DNA of 64,000 nucleotides, from NCBI GenBank assembly GCA_019429005.1, contig JAHYJR010000002.1, forward strand, positions 32,001 through 96,000, given 5' to 3'. The notes below the pieces were generated by a model that did not search any database, was not told the origin of the DNA, and worked only from the letters and a program-made list of their open reading frames with translations. Made by a program: the position numbers and the translations under genes. Source of the stretch: Nanobdellati archaeon (lineage in GTDB: Archaea; EX4484-52; GLR71). Below, piece after piece: positions 52,103 to 61,069 of the stretch (its first letter is position 1; each line of letters begins with the position of its first letter).

Positions 52103-52309
52103 TCAAAACCCATCTCTAAATAAATCATTATTTCTATCAAAATCCTCTTTTAAAACTTTCTGTATAGCAAACCCTGCATGAACTAAAACATAATCATCAA
52201 TAGAAACATCAACAAAAGAAATATTAGCATTTTTAGTTATGCCACCATAATCAATTATCGCATCCTTACCTTCAATCTTTATTATTTTACCAATAGCCGC
52301 AAGACACAA
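52103..52309 (-). CDS. hypC: hydrogenase chaperone HypC
   Basis: MCLA N-terminus (TTG start), DYVLVHAGFAI. Confidence 0.95.
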   Translation of the reverse strand: MCLAAIGKIIKIEGKDAIIDYGGITKNANISFVDVSIDDYVLVHAGFAIQKVLKEDFDRNNDLFRDGF

Positions 52310-52354
52310 AATTAAGTCACCTGATTATACATCTGATCGTCCGATTATAAATTA

Positions 52355-52681
52355 TTAAAACCACATTAAAATAAAACCTATAATAATCAAACCAAATAAA
52401 ACCCATAACAAATACATTGAAAGCTTACCGCTATGTGCTTGCTTGATTATATCTAATTTGAAATAATTTATTATTGTCTTATAAAAAGAATGCTCATTGA
52501 CCCTATATTGGTCAGGATCAGCCTTATTACCACAAACATACATCTCTCTTGACGCTTTATCACGAAGAGAAGGTTCTCTTTCAATAATCCAATATATAAA
52601 AATTGAAAAAATTATAAATAACAGACTTGCTGTATAAAAACCATTTCCAAAAAAAGATGAAGAAACTATATTTAGACTCAT
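52355..52681 (-). CDS. mbhI: Mbh subunit I-like (TM, lateral helix, TM)
   Basis: GFY, YVCG, HSGKLSMYLLW; follows the MrpD-like subunit. Confidence 0.75.
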   Translation of the reverse strand: MSLNIVSSSFFGNGFYTASLLFIIFSIFIYWIIEREPSLRDKASREMYVCGNKADPDQYRVNEHSFYKTIINYFKLDIIKQAHSGKLSMYLLWVLFGLIIIGFILMWF

Positions 52682-54141
52682 GACAAGACCCCCATTAAAT
52701 ATAAATCGCGACTTAAACTTAAATCAATTATGTTTTGTGATAATTGTAGACCCAAATCAGGGAAAAAACCTAAAACCAACATAATAACTAACAAAACGGC
52801 TAACATAACCTTATGTGACAGCGGTATAAAAAGTGGTGTTTTCTCATAATCACGCTTATCATTCAAAAATATAAGATGAAATGCCTTAAAACTATATGCT
52901 AAAGTGATTACTGACACGATAAAAGATACAAAAGCTGCAAATGGATATAGGCTCAAACTCACAATATACAACATCCATTTACTTGCAAAACCATTTAAAA
53001 AGGGTATACCTGTAAGAGATAGAAGAGCGACACCAAATGTTACAGTAAATAATTTATTCTGTCTGGATATATAACCCATCTTTGACATATCACTTGTCTT
53101 AAAATGTTGCGATATAATATAAGCTGATATGAAAAGTACAGCATCAATAATAACAGTATTTATAAGATGATATATAGCAGAAACAAAACCAATATTTTCC
53201 ATCATACCAAGACCAAAACCAAAAAGTATGTATCCACTCTGGCTTATTGCAGAATAGGCAATCATTTTTTTAAGATCTTTCTGTTGAAGAGCCATAACAG
53301 CTCCAACAAACATGGTTAAAAGTGCAATATAAATCAACATTTTTGAAAAATAAAATGCACCAAAAACAGTATATACAAATCTAAAAATAGCATACAATGA
53401 AACTGCTGTTGACGTTGCGGAAATTGCAAGACCAAATGACGCCGGATTTGATTTGACAACATCAGGTTTCCAGGCATGGAATGGAACAATTGCACCTTTC
53501 ATAAAAAGACCTGTAAGTATTAATGCAAGTGGTATATTATTTCCAAATCCAGGTACAATTTTCATCATAAGGTCTGCCATATTTAACGTGCCATACATCC
53601 CATAAAGCATAGCAATACCAATTAAAAATATTGATGATGCAAAACTCCCAATAATGATATATTTAATTGAACTTTCAAAAGCAGGTTTATCACGATTAAA
53701 TGATGATAATATATATGCAGACATACTTGAGATTTCTAAAAACACGAAAAAATTAAAAATATCGCCTGTAATTGTCATACCCACAAGACCAACATTATAA
53801 AACATAAAAAGCGTATAAAACTGATATCTCCTTTTTTTGATTTCGTGTTTAGATATGAATGCAACTATTAGACCTATTAAAAAAATTAAAGACAATATCA
53901 AAAAACCAATACCATCAACAGCAACAGTTATACCAAATGGTGCCTGCCACCCACTTAATTGATAGATTATAATACCTTCATTAAGTAATTTTGGAAGTGA
54001 CAATAATGTAAATATAAGTGATGATAATAACGCAATAATAGTAACATTAAAATTTAATTTTTTGTATTTATGCCCAAGTGTAACTATTATAAACGCACTA
54101 CATAAAAGCATAGGAACAATATATGAAATATAATTATACAC
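52678..54141 (-). CDS. mbhH: Mbh subunit H / MrpD-like antiporter subunit
   Basis: GWQAPFGI, TGDIFNFFVFLE, GTLNMADL, KKMIAYS, PFLNGFASKW. Confidence 0.9.
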   Translation of the reverse strand: MYNYISYIVPMLLCSAFIIVTLGHKYKKLNFNVTIIALLSSLIFTLLSLPKLLNEGIIIYQLSGWQAPFGITVAVDGIGFLILSLIFLIGLIVAFISKHEIKKRRYQFYTLFMFYNVGLVGMTITGDIFNFFVFLEISSMSAYILSSFNRDKPAFESSIKYIIIGSFASSIFLIGIAMLYGMYGTLNMADLMMKIVPGFGNNIPLALILTGLFMKGAIVPFHAWKPDVVKSNPASFGLAISATSTAVSLYAIFRFVYTVFGAFYFSKMLIYIALLTMFVGAVMALQQKDLKKMIAYSAISQSGYILFGFGLGMMENIGFVSAIYHLINTVIIDAVLFISAYIISQHFKTSDMSKMGYISRQNKLFTVTFGVALLSLTGIPFLNGFASKWMLYIVSLSLYPFAAFVSFIVSVITLAYSFKAFHLIFLNDKRDYEKTPLFIPLSHKVMLAVLLVIMLVLGFFPDLGLQLSQNIIDLSLSRDLYLMGVLS

Positions 54142-54144
54142 GTT

Positions 54145-54498
54145 TTAACCCTCTAATTTATTTATTTTATTTGTATCTATTGTCTTAAATTTATCATATA
54201 CAAGTGTGGCTGTTATCAAAGCAAGTGCTGTAACACTTAAATCTATCACGATTGATGTCAGTACAAGAGCTTGCGGCAAAGGATCAACAGAACTAATAAC
54301 AAAATAATTTGAATTCAATGCTGTAATAATTGGTGCGATACCATTCTCTTTAAATCCAATTATTATTAGAAATAGATGTATTCCCATCGTAAATATGTTC
54401 AAACCAATAATTTTTTTTATTAGATTCTCTTTAGAAACCACAGCATAAATTCCAAGTGCCATAAATATGACAGCAGCATAATAAGATATTACAATCAT
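54145..54498 (-). CDS. mbhG: Mbh subunit G / MrpC-like
   Basis: NLIKKIIGL, DPLPQALVLTSIVI. Confidence 0.9.
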   Translation of the reverse strand: MIVISYYAAVIFMALGIYAVVSKENLIKKIIGLNIFTMGIHLFLIIIGFKENGIAPIITALNSNYFVISSVDPLPQALVLTSIVIDLSVTALALITATLVYDKFKTIDTNKINKLEG

Positions 54499-54920
54499 TT
54501 CCAATCATCCTCACGAGGTGGATACATTGTCATTATAAATGAATATACAATTATAAGTATACCAAGAAGTACCATAAAACCACCAATTATATTTAAAAAG
54601 AATGTGAAACCGCCACTCCAAATCTCAAAAAAGTCCTGTGTTTTCAATATATTATTTCTAATGATATATCCCTCAATAACAATCAAAAGAAGAAAAATCG
54701 CAAAACTACCCTTAAGATACATAACATTTTTTTTAGAAATCCTTGCATCAATACTTGTCTCATCAGCACCTATAGCAAGAAGAAGAAATGCAGTTCCAAG
54801 AATAACACCTGCAGGAAACCCACCACCTGGTGTAATATGACCATTGACAGAAATATAAATACCAAATAATAAGATAACGGGAAATAATACTCTTGTTGCA
54901 GTCCTTATAATCGCATCCAT
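54495..54920 (-). CDS. mbhF: Mbh subunit F / MrpB-like
   Basis: GHITPGGGFPAG. Confidence 0.9.
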   Translation of the reverse strand: MDAIIRTATRVLFPVILLFGIYISVNGHITPGGGFPAGVILGTAFLLLAIGADETSIDARISKKNVMYLKGSFAIFLLLIVIEGYIIRNNILKTQDFFEIWSGGFTFFLNIIGGFMVLLGILIIVYSFIMTMYPPREDDWK

Positions 54921-54935
54921 ATATTACACATCTTA

Positions 54936-55283
54936 TTATATTTTTGTTATTTTTGTCAAAAGTTTAGATTTAGTTTTTTCTCCTTTTTTCTTATCTCTTC
55001 TATCAATACTTTTCCTAAGTGCTAAAGATAAAAAATATACACCTGTTGCTGCTATAAAAAGCACAGATTCTTCACCCAAAGTATCATAACCCCTAAAATC
55101 CCAAACAATAGAATTTACAATATTTGCAGACCCTGTCTCTTCAAGACCATTATTAAGATAATATTGTGAAGCTGCTCTTGAATCAAAATCTGTTTGATAT
55201 ATCTTGCCCGATACTGTAATAACCATAATCACAAAGATAAATAAAAATATTAAAGTTGTGATTTGTATCTGATTAATTTTCAT
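54936..55283 (-). CDS. mbhE: Mbh subunit E
   Basis: ETGSANIVNSIVWDFRGYDTLGE. Confidence 0.9.
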   Translation of the reverse strand: MKINQIQITTLIFLFIFVIMVITVSGKIYQTDFDSRAASQYYLNNGLEETGSANIVNSIVWDFRGYDTLGEESVLFIAATGVYFLSLALRKSIDRRDKKKGEKTKSKLLTKITKI

Positions 55284-55513
55284 TTTTCAAACCTCTCAGT
55301 TTTTTTAATTGCAACTACAAAAATCATTGTAACCACACCACCTATAACGGCAGCTTGAGTTATTGCTATATCGGGCGCTTTTAACATAAAAAATACAATT
55401 GCAATAATAAGATTTGTACTACCAAGCAAAATCACAGATTGCAACAGATCTTTCATCTCAATGGCTACAAGAGCCATGACAATCGCTGCAATCAGTAATG
55501 CTTCATAAAACAT
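55280..55513 (-). CDS. mbhD: Mbh subunit D (DUF4040)
   Basis: KDLLQSVI, LKAPDIAITQAAV. Confidence 0.88.
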   Translation of the reverse strand: MFYEALLIAAIVMALVAIEMKDLLQSVILLGSTNLIIAIVFFMLKAPDIAITQAAVIGGVVTMIFVVAIKKTERFEK

Positions 55514-55522
55514 AATAATCAC

Positions 55523-55858
55523 TCACTTTACTTTTCGGTCCTTCATATTTATATGTACTAATTCGTCTTTTACAACCAATGGCTTTATACCATTATCATA
55601 AGCAGACATAACAATTGCATGACTTGTAATGGGTGACGTTATCACGATAAAACTTGCAATTATTAATATCTTTATTGAAAATTGAAGATTAAAAGGATTA
55701 AATGCAATAGCTATAAGCGAAAGAACAACACCACCAATAGTTATCATTGTTGCAGCATGAATTCTTGTATAGATATCAGGAAATCTAAAAAGCCCGAGTG
55801 CTCCAATTATCATAGATATTGTGGACAATATAAATAAGATATTAATTATAGTAATCAT
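55523..55858 (-). CDS. mbhC: Mbh subunit C / MrpG-like
   Basis: GLFRFPDIYTRIHAAT, SPITSHAI. Confidence 0.92.
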   Translation of the reverse strand: MITIINILFILSTISMIIGALGLFRFPDIYTRIHAATMITIGGVVLSLIAIAFNPFNLQFSIKILIIASFIVITSPITSHAIVMSAYDNGIKPLVVKDELVHINMKDRKVK

Positions 55859-56089
55859 TTAATTCACCCACCTAGCTATTGAAAGAACCCCTGTAAATGA
55901 TAACAATGCGATAACCATAGCCACATCAAGATAAAATGAACTTTGTATTGCGATAGCATACACAACCATCATAAGAATTATGATATTACCAAAAATATCA
56001 ATTGACATTATTCTGTCTGCAAATGTAGGTCCAAGTACAGCCCTTATAAGACATAAAAGCCCAGTTATAAAAAATAGGTATTCAATCAT
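55859..56089 (-). CDS. mbhB: Mbh subunit B / MrpF-like
   Basis: GPTFADRIMSID, YLDVA. Confidence 0.92.
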   Translation of the reverse strand: MIEYLFFITGLLCLIRAVLGPTFADRIMSIDIFGNIIILMMVVYAIAIQSSFYLDVAMVIALLSFTGVLSIARWVN

Positions 56090-56592
56090 CTCAAAAACCT
56101 CTTTCCATATTTTTCAAATAATAAACCAACTTTAACATTATCATTTTTATCAAAATTAAGACAATGTACAAACAGATTGTCATCACATTTGACAGTAATA
56201 GTCCCTGGAGTTAATGTAATTGAATTTGAGAACATGCTTTTTCCAAATTCAGATTTAAAAGACGTCTTGACTTTAACAATTGCAGGATGAATTTTACCTG
56301 TAATAATCATTTTTGCAACATTAAGATGTGATATAATTTCCGTATAAATTATAATGCAAATATAGGCAATCATATGTACCCAATTTATCGGATTAAACAT
56401 CATATAAATTGAACGATAAGTGATAAAATGCATAGATATAACCGCAACAAGCATTGATGCCAAGAAACCTATAACTAGATTTCCTTGAATAGATACTGAT
56501 GTAAGCAATTCATCAGAGGGTATTGTTAGTATAATCCATATCTCAAAAAGCAATAATGTCATAGGGATATATACCTTAAGCAATCTTTTCAT
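56086..56592 (-). CDS. mbhA: Mbh subunit A / MrpE-like
   Basis: HPAIV, NSITLTPGT, LFVH, FEK. Confidence 0.92.
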   Translation of the reverse strand: MKRLLKVYIPMTLLLFEIWIILTIPSDELLTSVSIQGNLVIGFLASMLVAVISMHFITYRSIYMMFNPINWVHMIAYICIIIYTEIISHLNVAKMIITGKIHPAIVKVKTSFKSEFGKSMFSNSITLTPGTITVKCDDNLFVHCLNFDKNDNVKVGLLFEKYGKRFLR

Positions 56593-56670
56593 ATAAGATT
56601 AATTGTGTTTTCAGTGTAAATAAAGGTTTGTGTGATTTGTATTGTATAGACTAATTAAAAAGCTATAATA

Positions 56671-56700
56671 TAAAGATATATAAAGATATATAAAGATATA
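56671..56700. repeat. tandem (TAAAGATATA) x3 upstream of the mbh operon
   Basis: Read directly. Confidence 0.8.
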
Positions 56701-56810
56701 TAACGATTTAAACAAAAGTTATCACTTAAATATAACAAAGTAATTCTATAATACCACCTTTACCAAACATTAAAACATTATATCGGTTATATTGACCTCT
56801 TTTATAAACA

Positions 56811-57617
56811 ATATTTCCAAATATTAAAATAAATTCTCTGCAAAAGGAATCAGATTATAATCTCAAAACAATCTTTAATGAATTTCTAGTTTCGGATTAC
56901 AAAACAGTTAAAATTGATATCAACAAAGAATTTGGTGAAGGTGAAATCAAATTAAATCATAATTGGTTCTCTGAAGCTAGTATCGAAATAGACTTCAAAC
57001 CAACAAAAAAACATTATGAACATATATTGAACAATTTAGTTAATTGCATGTTTAGTCTTGAATTCAATAAAATTAAATCAGAAAACTATCTGTTAATCAC
57101 AGCATTATTGCCTGGAGAGTCTTATGAAACAAAAAAAGATATTGATAATTTAAATAAAATCTTGTCAGACATAATCCCTTTTAATACTGAAGGTCTATTT
57201 TTTTATACTGAACCAGATAATTACAAAATCCCCATAGAACTAATAGACAAACATGATGAGATTAAATTTACATTAAATAAATATAAAACATTTATTATTA
57301 AAGAATATAAAACAGAAGAACTTAAAAATACATTTGAAAAATTACCTTTAGGATATATAAAAAATCCCGAAATAAACAACTTAAATATTTCTAAAAAACG
57401 AATTTATGAAAAATATAATCATATATCTTCAAATCCAGATATATTCACTCCTATTGGAAACCGCCTTGTCAAATTGATTAGGTTTAAACCTATCAAGACC
57501 TTCTTTATATTGTGGATATTCGGGTCCAGAGGGTATACCATAACCAATTATTTTATAATCACCAACATTAATAATTTTATGATGCACATCTACAAGATTA
57601 TTAAGACAAACTATTAA
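56811..57617 (+). pseudogene. truncated hypothetical gene
   Basis: Frame stays open about 70 codons upstream of TTG 57027 with no start codon; the 3' end runs antisense into the metallophosphoesterase remnant. Confidence 0.45.
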
Positions 57618-57977
57618 TTTTTTATGATAATAATCATCTTTTAAAAATTTCCATGCATCTTTATCAGTATCCTTAGTCCAATCCCAACCCCCTGGAACTA
57701 TATATACAGGCACATCAAATGAATTAAGATATTCTAAAATCTTACGCCCATCTGAAATTTATTTATTAATCAATTTTTGTGATTCTCTTTTTCCCAACAA
57801 ATTATACCATTCAATCTTTCTATTTTTAGGATTTTTTAAATAAAAATTAAGAGCTTGAAACATATAAGATCTTAATTCATCAGAACAAAAATCACCGAGT
57901 GCAATAATTGCATCATAATCATCATAATAAATATTTGGCATATTACCATGAAGATCTCCAACAATTAAAAATTTAAT
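57429..57977 (-). pseudogene. metallophosphoesterase remnant
   Basis: IKFLIVGDLHG, ALGDF and VPVYIVPGGWD are in one frame with an internal TAA (57759-57761), an ATT first codon and a missing 3' part. Confidence 0.8.
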
Positions 57978-58068
57978 ACAATATATTGATTATAACAGAT
58001 ATAAAAAGAAAATAAAAGTTTATAAAATTAAAAACATTAATCCACACAACTAAAACAATAATCAACCC

Positions 58069-58686
58069 TTAAAAATACTCATCCAAACTATGATCAAACA
58101 ATCCACATTTAACCTCATAAGGATCATCTTCATGCATCTCAGCATCAAGTGTGCCTACCTTAATCATATTCTGATATAAATCCTGTTCAAATGTATTAAG
58201 CATACGCTGAAAAAATTCATCAGTTATATAACGATTAATAAACACATCAATACCTAATGTTAAAGCAGCATTATTAAACCGTTGACAACAATCCGATTGA
58301 TGAAAACCCCCTATAACTAATTTTTCAATATCACCAAGATTTTCCAAAACGTTTTTCTCATCAGGATATTTCCATTCCTTAATAAAATCAATATACTTAA
58401 CATCAACATTAACCTTATAATCATCTTTTAAATCAAATACATCCGAAATAGTATAATTCTTAGGATCTGAAAACACAGCCCATATTATTTTATAATCATC
58501 ATCACGATAAGGTTCAATTAATTTATTTATCAACCTAAACCTATCTCTAAATACATCTTTGGTTATATCAAATACTTTTGACCAATAATCCCCCCATGTT
58601 GACAAATTAAACGAATTTACAGAAGTATCTCTTTCATCTCTATCAACAAATTCTTTAAGAGGATACAACATCAATACAGCTTTCAT
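58069..58686 (-). CDS. hypothetical protein, possibly cysteine-hydrolase-like fold
   Basis: MKAVLMLYP start; LVIGGFHQSDCC resembles the isochorismatase G-x-x-x-x-x-C loop. Confidence 0.65.
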   Translation of the reverse strand: MKAVLMLYPLKEFVDRDERDTSVNSFNLSTWGDYWSKVFDITKDVFRDRFRLINKLIEPYRDDDYKIIWAVFSDPKNYTISDVFDLKDDYKVNVDVKYIDFIKEWKYPDEKNVLENLGDIEKLVIGGFHQSDCCQRFNNAALTLGIDVFINRYITDEFFQRMLNTFEQDLYQNMIKVGTLDAEMHEDDPYEVKCGLFDHSLDEYF

Positions 58687-58747
58687 ATAAATATAATATA
58701 ACAGTATAGATTTATAAAAACAATCATTTTTACAATGTAACCCTCCT

Positions 58748-58762
58748 AAAGGGTAACCCTTT
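58748..58762. promoter_or_regulatory. perfect 7-1-7 palindrome AAAGGGT-A-ACCCTTT, candidate TrmB-family operator
   Basis: Read directly; in the divergent promoter region upstream of the TrmB-family gene, with an extra GTAACCCT at 58737-58744. Confidence 0.5.
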
Positions 58763-58862
58763 GATATATTATACATAAAAATAGTTTATATTATATCAAA
58801 AAACACATTATTTTATATACAAATAAATCAAAATTAAATAAAGTATTAATCCAGGTAATTAA

Positions 58863-59702
58863 ATGGAAGGTTATACCAACATTATTGATGAACTCAGACA
58901 GTTTGGTTTCACACAATATGAATCCAAAGCATATATCACCTTAATAAGTAAAGGTGTTCTTTCAGGACCAGATATATCAAAATTTAGCAAAATACCTAAA
59001 AGCAAAATATATGACGTTGTTAATAATCTTTTAACAAAAAGAATGATTGAAGAATTTCCAGGAACACCACGAAAATTTAAAGCACGAGCAATTGATAATG
59101 TTTTCAACGAAATACTTACAAACAAAAAAGAAAAAATTGACAATTTAGAAAAAACCGCTGAAACATTAAAGACACGAATAAAAGGAATGTTAAAATTTGC
59201 AGAAAAAACATATATTGAAAAAAATTCAGTAATCTGGACTGTAGATGGACGAAAAGCATTTCACGAAAAATTTGCTGAAATGGGTGACAAAAGCACAAAA
59301 GAAGTTTTTGTCATAACACCTTATTTCTCAAGAAATCCACTAATAGAAAGAAGCATAGAACATGCAAAAACAAGAGGAGTAACATTTCAGGGAATCACAT
59401 CTATGAACGATGAAAATAAAGATCGTATACGATTTTATACAAACTTATTTGATAATATATCGGTATTTAATGGTACTATACCTATGACAATCATAATTAT
59501 AGACGATAAAGAATGTATATATAGGATGGAATATAAATCAAACGGACAGAATAATTATATAGGCGTACATTCAACAAATCCAGGCCTTATAAATGCATTT
59601 AAACAATACTGGGATGGATTAATAAAAGACTCAAATTTGATTGAAGATACAGATTTAAAAATAGATCAAACATTTCTTTCTGAAAATAAAATAGGATTCT
59701 AA
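58863..59702 (+). CDS. TrmB family transcriptional regulator
   Basis: GFTQYESKAYITL, IPKSKIYDVV, GTPRKF, plus a C-terminal effector-like domain. Confidence 0.92.
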   Translation: MEGYTNIIDELRQFGFTQYESKAYITLISKGVLSGPDISKFSKIPKSKIYDVVNNLLTKRMIEEFPGTPRKFKARAIDNVFNEILTNKKEKIDNLEKTAETLKTRIKGMLKFAEKTYIEKNSVIWTVDGRKAFHEKFAEMGDKSTKEVFVITPYFSRNPLIERSIEHAKTRGVTFQGITSMNDENKDRIRFYTNLFDNISVFNGTIPMTIIIIDDKECIYRMEYKSNGQNNYIGVHSTNPGLINAFKQYWDGLIKDSNLIEDTDLKIDQTFLSENKIGF

Positions 59703-59997
59703 TTCATAAAGTAAAATCATAAGATTATCAAAATCCTTATCCAATTTTATTATATTTATCACATATTTACAATAAAATAATGCTTTTTCAATCTCTTCAA
59801 AAAAAAGATCATCCTTTTTAGATATAAACGTCAATATGAGAATAATAGATAAAATATTCTGAAATTTAACAAGATCCATAAAACCACCAAATATAGATAA
59901 CTATATTTGTTAATCGTGATTGGATGTTATAAACAACTAGTTACCACCATAAGTGGTTATTTAAATAATATATAAGAATATACACCTAAATTATCTT

Positions 59998-60276
59998 ATG
60001 AGCTTTATAGATAATCTAAAAAATCAGTTTAAACCAAATATTATCTCAATATATATATTTATTATAGTTTTATCTATCACAATAATATTCTTTGGTCCAT
60101 TTATTTCAGAAATAGGTATATTATTACTAATAATATATTCCTATATTTACTCGTCACACCTTAATAAAAAAATAAGAGATAAAAAAATAAAAAGGGTAAA
60201 AGAAACCCTAAATGATTTTATCTATTGGTATATAACACCTATTTTGCTGGTTCTTCTACTTTACTCTCTTCTGTAA
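59998..60276 (+). CDS. small membrane protein, possibly truncated
   Basis: Hydrophobic ORF whose 3' end overlaps rps27ae antisense by 38 nt. Confidence 0.45.
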   Translation: MSFIDNLKNQFKPNIISIYIFIIVLSITIIFFGPFISEIGILLLIIYSYIYSSHLNKKIRDKKIKRVKETLNDFIYWYITPILLVLLLYSLL

Positions 60277-60526
60277 TAGGTTTAGTCTCTGTTTTAGGAG
60301 CAACATTCTCAAAAATAGTATATCCGCACCCACCGCAGAACTCTCTACCTCTAGCTTTAGCTAAGAGTTTTCCACATTTAGGACACGATTTGTTATTAAT
60401 AACAAGCTTACCATCAGCAATTTTGTATAATTCCCATCTTTTTACATTATAATGTTTACGAGATTTTTTGTCAGAACCTGATTTTTTGTCAGAACCTGAT
60501 TTTTTGTCTGTTTTTTTTCCAGCCAT
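60239..60526 (-). CDS. rps27ae: 30S ribosomal protein S27ae (eS31)
   Basis: CPKCG..LA..R.FCGGCGYT; follows rps24e. Confidence 0.93.
   Translation of the reverse strand: MAGKKTDKKSGSDKKSGSDKKSRKHYNVKRWELYKIADGKLVINNKSCPKCGKLLAKARGREFCGGCGYTIFENVAPKTETKPITEESKVEEPAK
60462..60508. repeat. in-frame 18-bp repeat x2.6 in rps27ae (DKKSGS)
   Basis: GATTTTTTGTCAGAACCT x2 plus a partial copy. Confidence 0.9.
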
Positions 60527-60545
60527 ATTATCATCTATAATTTAT

Positions 60546-60842
60546 TTATTCAGCTTTTGTCTCTTCAGGTTTAGCTTCTTCAGTTGCTTCAACCCCCTCA
60601 ACAACAGGTGCATCACGAACTGTTTTATCATAAACACTTGCAGTTCCAGTTGATTCCATCTTACCATAAACCTGATGTATTGTATCAATTACAATTTGCT
60701 CAGCTTTAACTTTCAATTTTGATACAAGCTCTTTAAGAACAACATCTTCTCTAGGTGTAGCACCACTCTGAACAATTTTAAACTCTATCTCGGTTCTCTC
60801 AAGAAGAGGATTTTTTACAGTTTTAATTATATCTAGTTCCAT
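60546..60842 (-). CDS. rps24e: 30S ribosomal protein S24e
   Basis: NPLLERTEI, GATP, YG..STG.ASVY. Confidence 0.95.
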   Translation of the reverse strand: MELDIIKTVKNPLLERTEIEFKIVQSGATPREDVVLKELVSKLKVKAEQIVIDTIHQVYGKMESTGTASVYDKTVRDAPVVEGVEATEEAKPEETKAE

Positions 60843-60864
60843 ACAACCACATTTTAAATTAATA

Positions 60865-61044
60865 TTATATTACTTGAAGTGCATATTTTCCAGGTGTATC
60901 ATGACCTGTTTTTTTAGCAATCTCTGAATTAACATCATATATTATAACAACACCTTTCCAATTCTTTGTTAAATCCTTGCTTTTACAAACGGGACATTCT
61001 GAGCCTTCAACAAGCCTTTTGCAAATTCTACATGCATTTTCCAT
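60865..61044 (-). CDS. spt4: transcription elongation factor Spt4 (RpoE2)
   Basis: Below the ORF-track cutoff: MENACRICKRLVEGSECPVCKSKDLTKNWKGVVIIYDVNSEIAKKTGHDTPGKYALQVI. Confidence 0.96.
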   Translation of the reverse strand: MENACRICKRLVEGSECPVCKSKDLTKNWKGVVIIYDVNSEIAKKTGHDTPGKYALQVI

Positions 61045-61069
61045 AATTACACCTTAAATATCACTTTAT

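Noticed and set aside
59655-59879. HEPN-domain toxin remnant
   Set aside because: Only a vague LDKDF..L..LE.Y resemblance with no Rx4-6H motif; too weak to call.
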